Source of the DNA: Octopus vulgaris
Taxonomy: Eukaryota
NCBI GenBank assembly: GCA_951406725.2
Contig: OX597817.1
Location: forward strand, 164,610,001 to 164,674,000
Direction of reading: 5' to 3'
DNA length: 64,000 nt
The position numbers and the translations under genes were made by a program. Below, piece by piece: positions 23,902-37,098 of this stretch. Under the pieces are notes generated by a model, which saw only the letters and a program-made list of their open reading frames with translations, did no database searches and had not been told where the DNA came from. Position 1 is the first letter of the stretch; the number at the start of each line of letters is the position of its first letter.

Positions 23902-24288
23902 CTAGCAGTATCGCCCAGCGTTTCTCGGGTTTGTTTCGACCCTTTAGAATTGGAATTTTTGAAAAGTAAAAATTTTGCATTATGTAGCTTGTTATTCTCT
24001 TTAAGTGAACATTTTTCTGGTTGAAATACACCGTAAAATGGCGACACAGCAATAAAAAATCGTAAAAAATAGGGATTTTCATAGAAAAAAAGCACCTTTT
24101 TGATGTAAATAATTTTTGGTCTTAACATGGTCTGATTTGAATTTTATCTTCTACGGAATGAAGAGCAAGCCTTCTTCTATCATACTCTCAATTTTGGTCA
24201 ACTTCTGCTGCAGGGTCTCGGAGGAGATAGTGTTAGTTGAAGGCTACCAAACCTGCCACACAGACAACTTCAGCTTTATATATATAGA
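23902..24288 (-). mobile_element. non-autonomous Helitron
   Basis: Minus strand 5'-TC...CTAG-3' at an A|T site with subterminal GC hairpin; copy at 30486-30883. Confidence 0.8.
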
Positions 24289-24317
24289 TTTATATATATA
24301 GATATATATAGATAGAT

Positions 24318-24674
24318 AAGCTGGCAGACTTGATACTGTATCAGACGAAACACTTAACAACATTTCTTCTGGACATTACATTCTTTCAAACTCTGCTGAG
24401 GCTGGCTCTGCTTTACACTTTTTCAGGGTTGATAAAATAAGTAGCAGTTGAGCACTGGGGTCAACTAGCTTCCTCCAACAAAATTTCAGGTCCTGTGCCT
24501 GTAATAGAGAGACTATTTCTTTTACTACCCAGAAGGGGCTAAACACAGAGAGGACAAACAAGGACAGACAAACGGATTAAGTCGATTATATCGACCCCAG
24601 TGCGTAACTGATACTTATTTAATCGATCCTGAAAGGATGAAAGGCAAAGTCGACCTCCTGTAATAGAAAGACTA
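24318..24674. mobile_element. SINE B (+, diverged) with an inverted SINE B fragment inserted in its tail
   Basis: TSD CCTGTAATAGARAGACTA at 24498 and 24657. Confidence 0.75.
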
Positions 24675-27299
24675 ATTAGAGGAAATTTTTTAATGCAAAT
24701 TCCATTATTAGAAAAATGTTTCCTTGCTCCCACTTTCTCACTCTTAGAGTATATTTTAGTTATTGAACCTGATTTCCTAAATAAAAAAAGAAAAAAGAAA
24801 CTAACATCCCTTCATTTATATTCCAGTTTAAAATGATAAATGTTACAACTTTGATCATTTCTCAGGAAAATTGAGCTCCATTCTTTTCAACATAATAATA
24901 AAACAACAATGATATTATTTTGTGTGGTTGGTGTTCAGATGCATATTACAACTCATTAGAAAATGTAGTCAAGAGTGCATGAACAATACATAGAATAATG
25001 CTCAGAAAGTGAACATTTTATTACTGTATTTCTGTTGAGATGCTCTGTGTTTCTTTCAATTTCTTTAAATATAACAAAGAATTGAGTAAAATAACTTAGT
25101 TATCATTCAGCTAGTGTTAGGAACATAAATTGTAACTAAAGTTTGATGGAAAATTTTAATTCAAAACTTTTGAAAACAAGACATTTGTACTACAAAGCCA
25201 GAGCCGGTTTCAGCCGGGTTAGTAATGAAAAGGTTAAAAGTAAAATAAAATATAAAACAATAGTCATATTTTTAATTTCTTAAATAACTGAATAAGAGAT
25301 AAGGGTAGTTTTATTTATACTTAAATATATACATAAGTGTGAGAAGAAGAAGAAGAAAAAAAACAAAAACAATTCACCACTTTAGGTTGAAAATTTTGGG
25401 GTGCTGGGAAACGGTTTTTAAGGCACGCCAGCATGCTATAAGTTCTTTCCCCTTAATATTCACGTAAACATTTTTTTTTTATTTTAAAACATTTAACTTC
25501 ACAGAAATTTACGAGATTTATTTTCAATTTAGCCATACTTTCGGGTGTTTTCTAAAGAAACAATATTATATTTCCTCTTTCTCTATGTCACTGTGATTTC
25601 TTCCTGCCAAACTAGGTGTATAAGTGTGACCAAAGATGTGTAAATGTAGCTAAAAAAAAAACTTCCTTTGCACCAGAAGTTTCATTAATATCATTAACCA
25701 ACTGTTTTCATGGAACATCAGACATTTTTTATTCATTACAAATTGTATTCTTTATGGCATTTTTGTTGTGGATTTTCATGTTTTTTTTTTTTTTTGTTTG
25801 TTTATTAGAAAAGACGTAGTAGAAATAATAGTAGTTTGGACTATTGCAAACAGAAATTGAACTAATTTAAAAGAAATATACCAAACTATTGAAGACAAAA
25901 ATTGTAATGGATTCTTTGGTGCTGACACAGAAATCCCCTGTAGATGAACAAATTTGCTGGTAACATGTGCCAACGATTACTGAAACTATTGGTTTTGGTT
26001 CACCTTTCTTTTCAGAGTGTAATTGTGTTTTTAATCTAGTTGAATTATCTGAGAAATATTAACCCTTTTGTGACCATATTTATTAAATAATACACTGCCT
26101 GTATGTTTCAATTATTTTGAAAATAATGAAACATTTAAAGAGATATAGTAAGATATCTGACTTCATCATTAAGATGTTCGTATATAAAATTATGACGGAA
26201 GGTTTCGTTTGAATATAAACATATCGAAACGAGATTTTGTATCATGAAACCAAGTGTGGTCTCAGGCAGGTTGGAATCAAGAGGTCTTCCTGCCAATTTC
26301 AGACTTGTTAAAGAGAGAAAAAAATACTAGATTTAACAACATTTCTGCAAATATATTTTGAAATAATTTGAATGTTTTAATGCCTGAATTGTAACAGAAT
26401 CTACTAAGGTGGCCTGTTTGCATATTTTACTGGTTTTGTGTATTTCTAGGTTGTGACTTTTAAACTTTCAGCTCAGTGTTTCATTATTGTTTTTTTTTTT
26501 GTTTTTTTCATTTTATTGAAAACATTTTCAAGGTTCTGTATGTATAGAACTTGTAACTTAGCAAGATTTTTTTTTTTTAATATCTTATGATGTATTTATG
26601 ATTTGAGTGTGTGTGTATGTGGAAAAATATGGGGGGTGGTTATGGAATTTTCATCAAATTACATAAAAGCCAAAGTGAACAATAAATCATCTTATAATTT
26701 GGAAAAGATTATTTTTCTTCCATCATCTCAGTAAGGAAACTAAAGTTTCTCTCAACTATATATTGTAACCTAAATATTTTTGTAAAAGTTTTTGTCATAA
26801 CTTCTATTTTTGCAGTGTTAAAACAAAGTATTTCTATATCATTTCTTAGAATTTCAAATAATTTCTTTAAATTTATATGTAACTAATTCCTCTGAAATTC
26901 CTGTTGCAAATATTAGAATAGCAATGCATTAATATGTGTATGTATGTATGTTTGGTGTGTGTGTGTTTGTGTGTGTATATAATATATATATGTGTGTGTG
27001 TGTGTGTGTGTATGTTTGTTGTGTAATGATACTTGTCTTTGTGTGACATTGTTTCTCACCTGACATCTGATTCTGTCTGAATGTCAGTCAGTTTACAGGC
27101 ATAACTTTTCAGTTTTTTTGATAATGCTATGGATAATCATGATCTAAAGAAAAGAAAAAAAAAGGATTAAAAAGAACTATAAAGAATGTTGAGGTCCTGA
27201 TAAATATTTCCTCAATATTGTTTTTCTTCCATCTTTTAACCTTTCTCATATCTTGAATCTGTATCAAACGGCGTAGAACTTTTCACATCAGCTTATATA

Positions 27300-27344
27300 T
27301 TTATTTCTTTATTGCTCACAGGGTGGCTAAACATAGAGGGTACA

Positions 27345-27376
<32 letters not shown>

Positions 27377-27480
27377 CATCAGCATTTTGTCCATCATTAT
27401 GTTGCGAGCTCAAACTCTACTAAGATCGACTTTGCCTTTCATCTTTCAATATTGATAAATTAAGTACCAGAATAGAAAGA

Positions 27481-27526
<46 letters not shown>

Positions 27527-28081
27527 GGCGTCAAGCTAGCAGAATCCTTAGTACACAGGGTAAAATGTTTAGTGGCAGTTTGTCCATCTTTATGTTCTGA
27601 GTTCAAATCCTGCCAAGGTTGCCTTTCATCCTTTCAGGGTCAATGAAATAATACTTGTGCCTATAGTAGGAAGAGACTGCTATTATTATTAAGGCGGCAG
27701 TGAGCTGGCAGAATTGTTAGCATGTCGGACACAATGCATAGTGGTATTTCGTCCATCCTTACATTCTGAGTTCAAATTCCACCAAGGTTGACTTCACCTT
27801 TCATCTTTTTGGGATCGATAAATTAAACAGCAGTGAAACACAGAGGTCAATGTAATCAACTAGTCCCAGCTCCCAAAATTCCAGGCCTTGTGCCTTTAGC
27901 AGAAAGGATAATAATAATAACAATACTAATTATTATTATTATTATTACTATTTTGTCAAGGTTGACTTTATCTTTTGTCCTTTTGGGGTCGATTAAATAA
28001 ATACCAATTACGCATTTAGTTCGATAGGATCAGCTTAATCCCTTTCCCCAAATTCGAGGCCTTGTGTTTCCAACAGAAAGA

Positions 28082-28119
<38 letters not shown>

Positions 28120-28437
28120 CATTATTATTATTATTATGTCTTTTCCTTCTTTCTTCAAATTTTCTTCCGTTTCTCGCCGAGTGTTTTCCATACACCTAGG
28201 GCAGAGAAGGGCATTGTATGCATTCCCAGATTACATGCGCAAATTCACAGATAAAATATGTATTTAAAAATTAATAAATAAATAAATTCATGGATGGATG
28301 TTATTTTCACAGCGATAATGCTTTTCTCAGTACATGAACCGTTCCAGTTAATACGATTTTTTGTACTTCCTGTAGGGATGGTAAGCCTGGAATCATTTTC
28401 AAATAGGTTTCAGTACCTTTTTTTATCATTCCCAGAG

Positions 28438-28481
<44 letters not shown>

Positions 28482-28735
28482 TATTATTATTACTATTATT
28501 ATTATTATTATTATTAAGACGGTTGGGAGGATCATTACTGTAGTGATCGAAATACTTAACAGTATTTGTTCTAACTTTTTATATCCTGAGCTCAAATTCT
28601 ACCAAAGTCAGCTTTATCTTTTCATCCTTTCATAGTTGATAAAATATAGTATCATTCACTTACTGGAATCAATGTAATCGACCGACGCTCTCCCCTTCAA
28701 AATTGCTGGCTCTGTGCTTAAATTAGAAATCATTA
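27300..28735 (+). mobile_element. cluster of diverged SINE B copies separated by (ATT)n
   Basis: About five CCTTTCATCCTTT-type cores, mostly head-to-tail, among long (ATT)n tracts. Confidence 0.75.
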
Positions 28736-29058
28736 TCATTCTGTTATAGCCTTATTTTCTTAGTAACACTTCAAATATTCAAAATCCTGGCTTTATGAAA
28801 ACCACTTGACATATAACTGTCTTATTCAGAGAAACAATGTTCTTTTTAATTATTGCTGTTGTAAATTGATGTTTGTCACGTTTACCTGTGATTCTTGATA
28901 TATTATCTGGTTACCTGCATAAGATTAAAGAGGGGAAAAATATTGCACAATAACAACAACAGGGTTTAGTTTAACAGAAATAAAATAAATTTGTAAAACT
29001 AGATTTTTACTTATCTAGAAAGTTTTGATGGTATTTACTCATGTTGTAAGATTTTGAT

Positions 29059-29064
29059 AATAAA
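29059..29064 (+). terminator. candidate poly(A) signal of the + strand gene
   Basis: AATAAA (also at 28979 and 28984) followed by GU/U-rich sequence; end of the T-rich zone. Confidence 0.4.
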
Positions 29065-29514
29065 ACTACATATATTTAATGTGAGTTCTGCGTGATGTTT
29101 ACTCTATGTTACTGTTTCTGTATTAAATGTATTTATGAAGAGTTGCTGAAGCATGGAGCAAACTGCTGGCATCAGTTGTTAGTTGTCGGAGCACTGCATC
29201 CTTCAAAACTTCCATGCTTCCTGAGATTCGCCAACACTACACCTGTGTAGACAGCTGCATGGTAAGAAGTTTGCTTCTTGGGTTCAGTCTCACTGCATGG
29301 CACCAAATGTTTTTCTACTAGCCAAAGCTTTGTGAGTAGATTTAGTAGATGGAAACTAAAAGAAGCCGATCTGACCTCTGAAACTCGGAGTTTTATCATG
29401 GCTACTGAATAATTGTCACGTATTATATTTACAGATAAATTCCTCTATTTACATAATATCGAGGTCTCTTTCATTCTTTTGTTGTCTTACCATTTCTATC
29501 AATATATATGCGGC

Positions 29515-29817
29515 ACGTTTGTGCCGGTGGCACGTAAAAAGCACCATCCGATCTTGGCCGTTGCCAGCCTTGCCTGGCCCCCTTGCCGGTGGCACGTAAA
29601 AAGCACCATCTGTTCATGGCCGTTTGCCAGCCTCATCTGGCACGTAAAGGCACCCACTACACTCACGGAGTGGTTGGTGTTAGGAAGGGCATCCAGCCAT
29701 AGAAACATTGCTAGATCAGACTGGGCCTGGTGCAGCCTTCTGGCTTCCCAGACCCCAGTTGAACCATCCAACCCATGCTAGCATGGAAAGCGGAAGCTAA
29801 ACGATGATGATGATGAT
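29515..29817 (+). mobile_element. SINE family C nested in a degenerate SINE A
   Basis: Units, core and tail; SINE A halves at about 29255 and 29830. Confidence 0.8.
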
Positions 29818-30485
29818 ATATATATATGTGTGTGTCCGTCCGTTCTTGTCTTTGTGTCTATCCCCTATGGCTTTGACAACTGCTGCTGGCTTCTTTATGT
29901 CCTAGTAACTTGGCATTTCAGCAAGTGACCGATAGAATAAATACCAGACTGTGCTCCAGCATGGCCGCACTCTAATGACTAAAACAAAAGATAAAAGATA
30001 ACTAAATTTCGGGTAAGGAAAAAGAATTATTTTGTTGTCTGGGGAGAGTCATTCTGTGTTAATGCCTTATTAATTAACACGCTCACCAGTTCAATTTCCT
30101 CTTATTTACTTCTTTATTTAATTTTCGAAAAATTTGAATAAATTTTTATTCAATTTCTTAAATAAATATTTCTCTTTTTATTTAATTTAAAAAAAAGATT
30201 TAAAAACTTTTTTCTCTGTTTAAGGGGAGACAACCTCTCAAATAATAATGAATAGAATCTGATTAATGCAGGTTTAGCTTTGTGGTTAAGAAGTTTACAC
30301 CACAACCACGGGGTTTCAGATTCAGTTCCACTGTGCTTATACCTTGGGCAAGTCATCTACTTAAGCTTTGTGAGTGAATTTGGTTGACGAAAATCGTTTA
30401 GAGGACCGTCGTGCGCGTGTGTTCGCACGTATTTCTGTGTTTGTCTCACTGCTTGACAACTGGTGTTGGTTTGTTTATAACCTTA

Positions 30486-30883
30486 CTAGCAGTATAGCCC
30501 GGCGTTGCTCGGGTTTGTTTTCTTTTCAACCCTTTAGAATTGGAATTTTCGAAAAATAAAAATTTTGCATTATGTAGCTTGTTATTCTCTTTAAGTGAAC
30601 ATTTTTCTGGTTGAAATACACTGAAAAATGGCGACACAGCAGTCAAAAAATCGTAAAAATTAGGGATTTTCATAGAAAAAAAAGCACCTTTTTGATGTAA
30701 ATAATTTTTGGTCTTAACATGGTCTGATTTGAATTTTTTTCTTCTACAGAATGAAGAGCAAGCCTTCTTCTATCATACTCTCAATTTTGGTCAAGTTGCG
30801 CCGCAGGGTCTTGGAGGAGATAGTGTTAATTGAAGGCTACCAAACCTGCCATACACAGATAACTTCGGCTTTATATATAAAGA
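30486..30883 (-). mobile_element. non-autonomous Helitron inside a degenerate SINE A
   Basis: Copy of 23902-24288; hairpin CCCG..CGGG near CTAG. Confidence 0.8.
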
Positions 30884-31162
30884 TTACTTAGAGGTTTGAC
30901 AAAAACGGACCTGTAGAATAAATACCGTATTCTCTGGTATACAAGGCGAAGTTTTCAGACAAAAGTTCCATGTGAAATGCAACAGGATTTGGAAAGATAA
31001 TGATAATATTTGATTGTTTACACTCCATGTTTATACAATATCTACGACATCTTATATGCCAGGAAATATGGTATCAAAATTTCAGATTAGGACTGAGGTT
31101 GACATGATTGACTAAACTCTTGGAGAAAACAGCTCAGAATGGCTACAAGTCCAATGATAGAA

Positions 31163-31535
31163 GCAATAACTCTGAGCACCTTTTCAAACTTCATCTGTCT
31201 AACACCTGTGGACATGTTTACAAACTCAGAAAACAGCACAACTCCCATGATTTTCGGAAACATTTTTTCACGCTAAGAGTTGCTGAAGCATGGAACAGAC
31301 TGCCGGCATCAGTTGTTAGTTGTCGGAGCACTGCATCCTTCAAAACTTTCATGCTTCCTGAGATTCGCCAACACTACACTTGATTTTCTCCCCTCCATAC
31401 ACACGCAAGCATGTATCTGGCTCGTACACTGTTCGCTTTCCAGACATTTGTACATTACTGCAGATGCTTTATACACACTTTTGACAAGTTGTGGTGCACC
31501 TGAGCACTGTATACAATAACTTCATTATTATTATA
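31163..31535 (+). mobile_element. CR1-like LINE 3' fragment
   Basis: NNSEHLFKLHLSNTCGHVYKLRKQH..WNRLP. Confidence 0.9.
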
Positions 31536-32012
31536 GGTTTATGTATGTGTGTATGTGTGTGTGTGAGTGTTGGTTATGGTTGCTAGAATCGTATTGCAAG
31601 TGCATATGTGTATGTGTTTTTTCTTGGAATGTGTGTGGGTTTGTGCTCTAGAGTGGGGGTATTGTGTTTTTGCGTGTGTGTATATGTATGTGTGCTTGCG
31701 TTGGAGGTTTGCATTGTATTTGTGTGTGTTTGTTTTGGGTATGTACCGGGTGGGTGGGGGTGTTACGTTAGAGTATGTTTAGTTGTAGTCTGGGATCTTT
31801 ACCTTTTGACTGGCAGATTTAGAAAATAATTTTTTGTTACTAAACACTTCAAACTTCGTATACTAGTAGAATGTGTTATATAAAACATCTTTAACTCATA
31901 GCATTTTGGGGAAAAGTTTATGTTTATGAAGTTATTTCGTGTTAAAGTTCTCGTATTTCGGTAATTTCAACCAATCAATGACGTGTATTCAGCTGAATAA
32001 AATTACTGCCGT

Positions 32013-32108
32013 TGTTTGTCAACCACAACTATCAGCGGTGTAATTTTGTGTGTTTTGTGCTGTTTGTCAACCACAACTATCAGCGGTGTATTTTTGTGTG
32101 TTTTGTGC
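32013..32108. repeat. 48-bp tandem duplication
   Basis: TGTTTGTCAACCACAACTATCAGCGGTGTAwTTTTGTGTGTTTTGTGC x2. Confidence 0.9.
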
Positions 32109-32147
32109 TGATGGGGATAAACACAGAGGGTTGGCACAAATACCGCA

Positions 32148-32607
32148 AGGTATTATATTCTTTTCTACTCTAGGCACAAGGCCCAAAATTTTTTGGGAGG
32201 GGCCAGTTGATTAGATCAATCCCAGGATGCAACTGGTACTTAATTTAGTGAGCTTGAAAGAATGAAAGGCAAAGTCAACCTCGGTGGAATTTGAACTTAG
32301 AACGTAAAGACAGTTGAAATAGCGCAAAGCATTTCGCCCGGCATGCCAACGTTTCTGCCAGCTTGCTACCTCATGAGGTATTATATTCTTTTCTACTCAA
32401 GACACAAGGCCCGAGATTTTTGGCCAGTTAATTAGATCAACACCAGGATGCAACTGGTACTTAATTTACTGACCCTGAAAAGATGAAATGCAAAGTCAAC
32501 CTGGGTGGAATTTGAACTCAGAATGTAAAGGCATGAAATACTGCACAGCATTTCGCCTGGCGTGCCAACGTTTCTGCCAGCTCGCTGCCTCACGAGGTAT
32601 TATATTC
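32148..32607 (-). mobile_element. tandem pair of SINE B (tail type 2)
   Basis: Two copies bounded by three AGGTATTATATTC repeats. Confidence 0.85.
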
Positions 32608-33024
32608 AACACACTAATGAGGTCATGAAATTAGTCATTGAAACATTATTTGGTGAAACTAACTGAAAATCTAGAATTTGATATAAATTTAGCTTTATTT
32701 TTTCAATGAATGTCATGCTGTGGTGAGCAAAAATAAAAATAAAACTGACCCATTTTTTAAACCTGTTTTTGACATGAAAAACTATTCTTAGAGAAACAGA
32801 AATTTTTATCTAGCTATGATCAAATTCTGATCGGGCATTGAACTTGTTGTTTTGCCACACTTCATCCCTGATACAACAGACCTTAGCTGAAAGTGATATC
32901 CACCATGGCCATCCTGTGTACCTAGACCTGTGTATTCATTATGTAATGCAATCTTGTTGTTATTTCTAGCAGATATATAGTTTCCATTTTTGGATTGATT
33001 GCATGAAGGAAAATGAAAAGAAGA

Positions 33025-33390
33025 CATGGTTCTGGGTTCAGTCCCACTGCGTGGAACCTTGGACAAGTGTCTTCTACTATAGCCTCGAGTTGACCAAAGC
33101 CTTGTGAGTGGATTTGGTAGATGGAAACTGAAAGAAGCCTGTCGTGTATATGTATATGTATATATATGTGTGTGTGTGTGTGTTTGTGTGTCTGTGTTTG
33201 TCCCCCCAACATCGCTTGACAACTGATGCTGGTGTGTTTACATCCCCATAACTTAGCGGTTCGGTCAAAGAGACCGATAGAATAAGTACTAGGCTTACAA
33301 AGAATAAGTCCCGGGGTCGATTTGCTCGACTAAAGGCGGTGCTCCAGCATAGCCTCAGTCACATGACTGAGACAAGTAAAAGAGTAAAGA
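33025..33390 (+). mobile_element. SINE family A (5' truncated)
   Basis: Matches the other copies. Confidence 0.88.
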
Positions 33391-33869
33391 GATATAGTGG
33401 CTGTGTGGTTAAGATGCTTGCTTCCCAACCATGTGATTTTAGGTTCAGTTCTGCTGCATGACACTCTGGGCAAATGTCTTCTACTATAAGCCTGGTCCAA
33501 ACAAAATTTTGTGAGTGAACTTGGTCGATGAAAACTGAAAGAAGTCCATTGTATATATGTGTGTGTTTATACCGTTTTTGATAACCTATGTTGATTTGTT
33601 TACATCCTGTGACTCAGCAGTTCAGCAAAAGAGACTGAAAGAATAAGTACCAAGCTTAAAAAATAAGTACTGGAATCAGTTTGTTTGACTATGAGGGTAT
33701 GCTGAAAAGTTCATAGGCTGACCAAGATACTTTCATGGAACGTGGCCAAATAAACTTTATTTTTCAACACAGCTTCCCCCATCACACTTGTGGTCCACAC
33801 ACTTCTTCCATCGGTGTTGCAGTGCTTGGAATCCATTTGTAAAGAAGCTTTACTTTTTTACAATAGGAC

Positions 33870-34242
33870 AAAATTTATATTGTAAAGTATAGGAGCCATC
33901 TTATCATGGCTAACCACATTGGGGAGGGGGTTGTTACTGTAGCTTTATAGCCCCAAGAGATATTCGTCTCTAGCTGACTCTAAACACAATATCTGTGTCT
34001 TTGGAGTATTTGCAAAGGGAGGCCATCCTCGCAAGCCTGAGTGATACGCTCGAACTAGTTTCGGGATGTTTGTCCCTCGTCAACGGGCAGCAACCACCAG
34101 GTAGCGATAAAAGTGAAGGCTCCTTTGCAAATAGATATAAGTTTTTCTAATGTGGTTAGCCATGATAAGATGGCTCCTATACTTTACATTATCGAGCGAT
34201 TACTGTTTCAATCTCATTCTGAGATTTAAAAAAATTTATATT
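33870..34242 (-). mobile_element. Penelope-like non-autonomous element with 40-bp inverted repeats
   Basis: 33881-33920 inverted exactly at 34149-34188; 12-bp direct repeat AAAATTTATATT at 33870 and 34231; internal hammerhead. Confidence 0.7.
34048..34088 (-). ncRNA. minimal type-I hammerhead ribozyme motif
   Basis: GCCCG-TTGACGA-GGGA-CAAACA-TCCC-GAAA-CTAGT-T-CGAGC; palindromic stem III AACTAGTT. Confidence 0.7.
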
Positions 34243-36479
34243 ATTTGCTCTCAACCAAAGTAAGGCTCTACAACCTCACTACCTCCTCCTGGTCCAAAAA
34301 AAAAAAAAAAAAGAGAATGGACGTTGTGGAGGGGTCTCTAATAAACCAGCCTCTCAGTCCACAAAAAAAAAACCCCCCAAAAACCTCGAATCTTTCTCTT
34401 CCTTTTGTCATCAACAGCAGATATGACATAATCATCCCTGCAATTCTGGTTCCCAGTCAAGTATTCTTTTATGCTGGAGAACAGATGATAGTTAGATGGG
34501 GCCAAATCAAAAGATTAGGAAGGGTGATCAACCAGTTCAAAGCCACAGTCATGCACAGAAGCCATTGAAACAAAGGACTTATGTGCTAGAGCATTGTCCT
34601 GATGAAACAAGACCCCCTTTATCAGTTTTCCTGGCTGTTTGGTCTTGATAGCCTTTCATAACTGCTTCAACAAATTTGTATTCAACTCTCCATCGATGAT
34701 ATGGCCCTTTTGAAGATAGCCAATAAATACAAAGTCTTTTGCATTTCAAAAAAACTGAGCCCATCACCTGTAGATGAAACAAGCTAGGCTTTCTGTCGAG
34801 TAGGTAAATAGGGGTGTTTCCACTGTATGGATTGTCTAAGGAAACCACTTCAAACAGTCTCAGATTTTATTGTGATGTGTATCAGAAAACGTCACACCCA
34901 CCAAGTAGTAACCATCATCATGCCAAGTTCATTGAGCAAAATATTCTCAACTTGCTCAAAGGAGACACTAATAGCATTGGTTATTTGATTTACAGCCAAT
35001 CACCTGTCATCCATCACCATGTGGTGAACATAATCAATGTTTTCATCAGTGGTGGCAGTTGCAGGACATTCAGACCTTGGGTCATCTTCAAGACTCTCCC
35101 CTCCTCTCCTAAATTTAGCTGCCCACTTTTGCACTGTTGATAAAGCTAGAGAATCATCTCTTAATGTAGCAATCATGTCAGCATGAATGTCCCTGGGAGT
35201 TAAACCCTTTTACTTATTTCTTTATTGCCCACAAGGGGCTAAACATAGAAGGGACATACAAGGACAGACAAATAACATCGACTCCAGTGTGTAACTGGTA
35301 CTTAATTTATCAACCCCGAAAGGATGAAAGGCAAAGTCGACCTCAGCAGAATTTGAACTCAGAACATAACGGCAGATGAAATACCGCTAAGCATTTCGCC
35401 TGGCATGCTACCGCTTCTGCAAGCTCGCTGCCTTGAAAAAGGAGTTAAACCCTTTTTCTGCTGGTACATGATAACATCACAATGTCAAATTTTGTCCATT
35501 TTCAAGAGAAGTTGTGACTAGTTACATTTGAAGTCTTCTTTGAACAGTCAGATGTCAGTTTACCTGGAAAGAAACAATGCAATTATTAAAAAGAAGGGTT
35601 TAAGTTAATGCATGCAAAATTTCACAGTTCTAGCATCATTCCTTCAGAAGTATCTTACCCTTGTAGTAATAGGCAGCTGTTGATCTCAAGAGACCATTGA
35701 CCTGCACTCAAAAAAAATCATGTCAGCTACTGATGGTGGTACAGCATCTGCTGTGGTCTTCTTCTTCTTCCAATCAGGACTCACGCCATTAGCCACAAAG
35801 AATAATCTCTAAGTTGAACCTACTCTAAGCTATTAAGAATGCATGTGGCAACTTGAAGATCCACCAACCACATGCAATAGACTGGCAGTTGAACGGGCGC
35901 AAAAGCTACGTTGTTATCCTCATTCCGTAAATGGTGGCTTTTAATGGGTGGAGAGCTGAACCATCCTGGGGTACAGAGGATTCACAATCTAGACTAGGGT
36001 CTGAAAGCTTACCTCACTATAGTGGGTTACACCATGGTTCCTCTGCTTTGTGTCAGAAGTAGGAAGAAAGAGTGAGAGAAAGTTGTGGTGAAAGAGTACA
36101 GCAGGGGTCAGCACCCCTCCCCGCCAGAGCCTCGTGGAGCTTAGGTGTTTTTGCTCAATAAACACTCACAATCCCCAGTTTGGGAATCGAAACCGCGCTC
36201 TTATGACCATGAGTCCGCTGCCCTAACCACTGGGCCATTGCGCCTCCACTCTGCTGTGGTTGTAGAAGCCTACATGGGAGTGACAGTCACACATACAGCG
36301 ACTGCATCTGAAGGAGATCTCTGCAGGCGCTACGGGTTTTCCCTTCAGTTGAGTGCACTTTTCTTTGGTGGCGAGTTCCTGTTTTTCTTCCTCTCACTTC
36401 ATCTCCTTTTGCAGTATTTGTCTCTAGCCTGAGTAATTATTTGCAACCTCCTCCCATCTCAGGACATCCAGATCAAGCG

Positions 36480-36885
36480 ACTTCATATCTCCCTTGCAGA
36501 TGTCCTTGAAATGAAGGTGATGTTGTCCTCCTGCTCTTGTGCTGTTGTTGTTAAGCAACAAGATGGGTAATGGTGATTAGGTGATGGTCTAGGGCTTAGG
36601 GGCAGGAGACCCCAGACCTTGGAAAAAAAAAACTTTGGCTGTCTTGTTGTAGTCGAGGGCTCTTCGTTGATGCCCGACACCACAGGTAGGTGGCCTTCAA
36701 AGTCGCTGGAAATGGAGATCTCCAGGTCCAAATTCTTGAATGGCTGTTCGTGTGCTGGTGGCCAATTCTCCATACAGGAAGTCTTTTGGCATGCGATGTA
36801 CATGATTGAGCCAGCACAGATGCTGCTGTTGGAGCAGGGTGAGTATACTGGGCCAGTCCACTTGATATCCTACTCTTGTAAACCC
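36480..36885 (-). mobile_element. RTE-clade LINE C-terminal fragment
   Basis: PSILTLLQQQHLCWLNHVHRMPKDFLYGELAT (LRWLGHVxRM..PK..LYGEL motif). Confidence 0.8.
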
Positions 36886-37092
36886 TAAATTTCTTAAATT
36901 TTCACTTTTTTAAAAAAAATTTGGGGCAAAATACATAGAAAAATATGGAGATTATGATTCTGAAAAGAAAAATTTGTAAAATTTCAATTTAAAAAAAAAA
37001 AAAAAAATATTGAAACAATTAAAAAGAAAATCAAACAAAAGAAAGATAAATAAAGACAAAAGCTGACTGTGTTTAATGAAAAGACCAGGAGA

Positions 37093-37098
37093 TTTATT
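37093..37098 (-). terminator. candidate poly(A) signal of a - strand transcript
   Basis: AATAAA, CA about 20 nt downstream, then a long U/GU-rich tract (37060-37020). Confidence 0.45.

Larger units (their letters stand above)
33692..35650 (-). mobile_element. decayed mariner with nested insertions
   Basis: TIR TA-TGAGGGTATGCTGAAAAGTT; minus strand LFHQDNA and SFDLAPSNYHLF motifs; SINE B at 35213-35433 with 16-bp TSD GGAGTTAAACCCTTTT. Confidence 0.8.
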
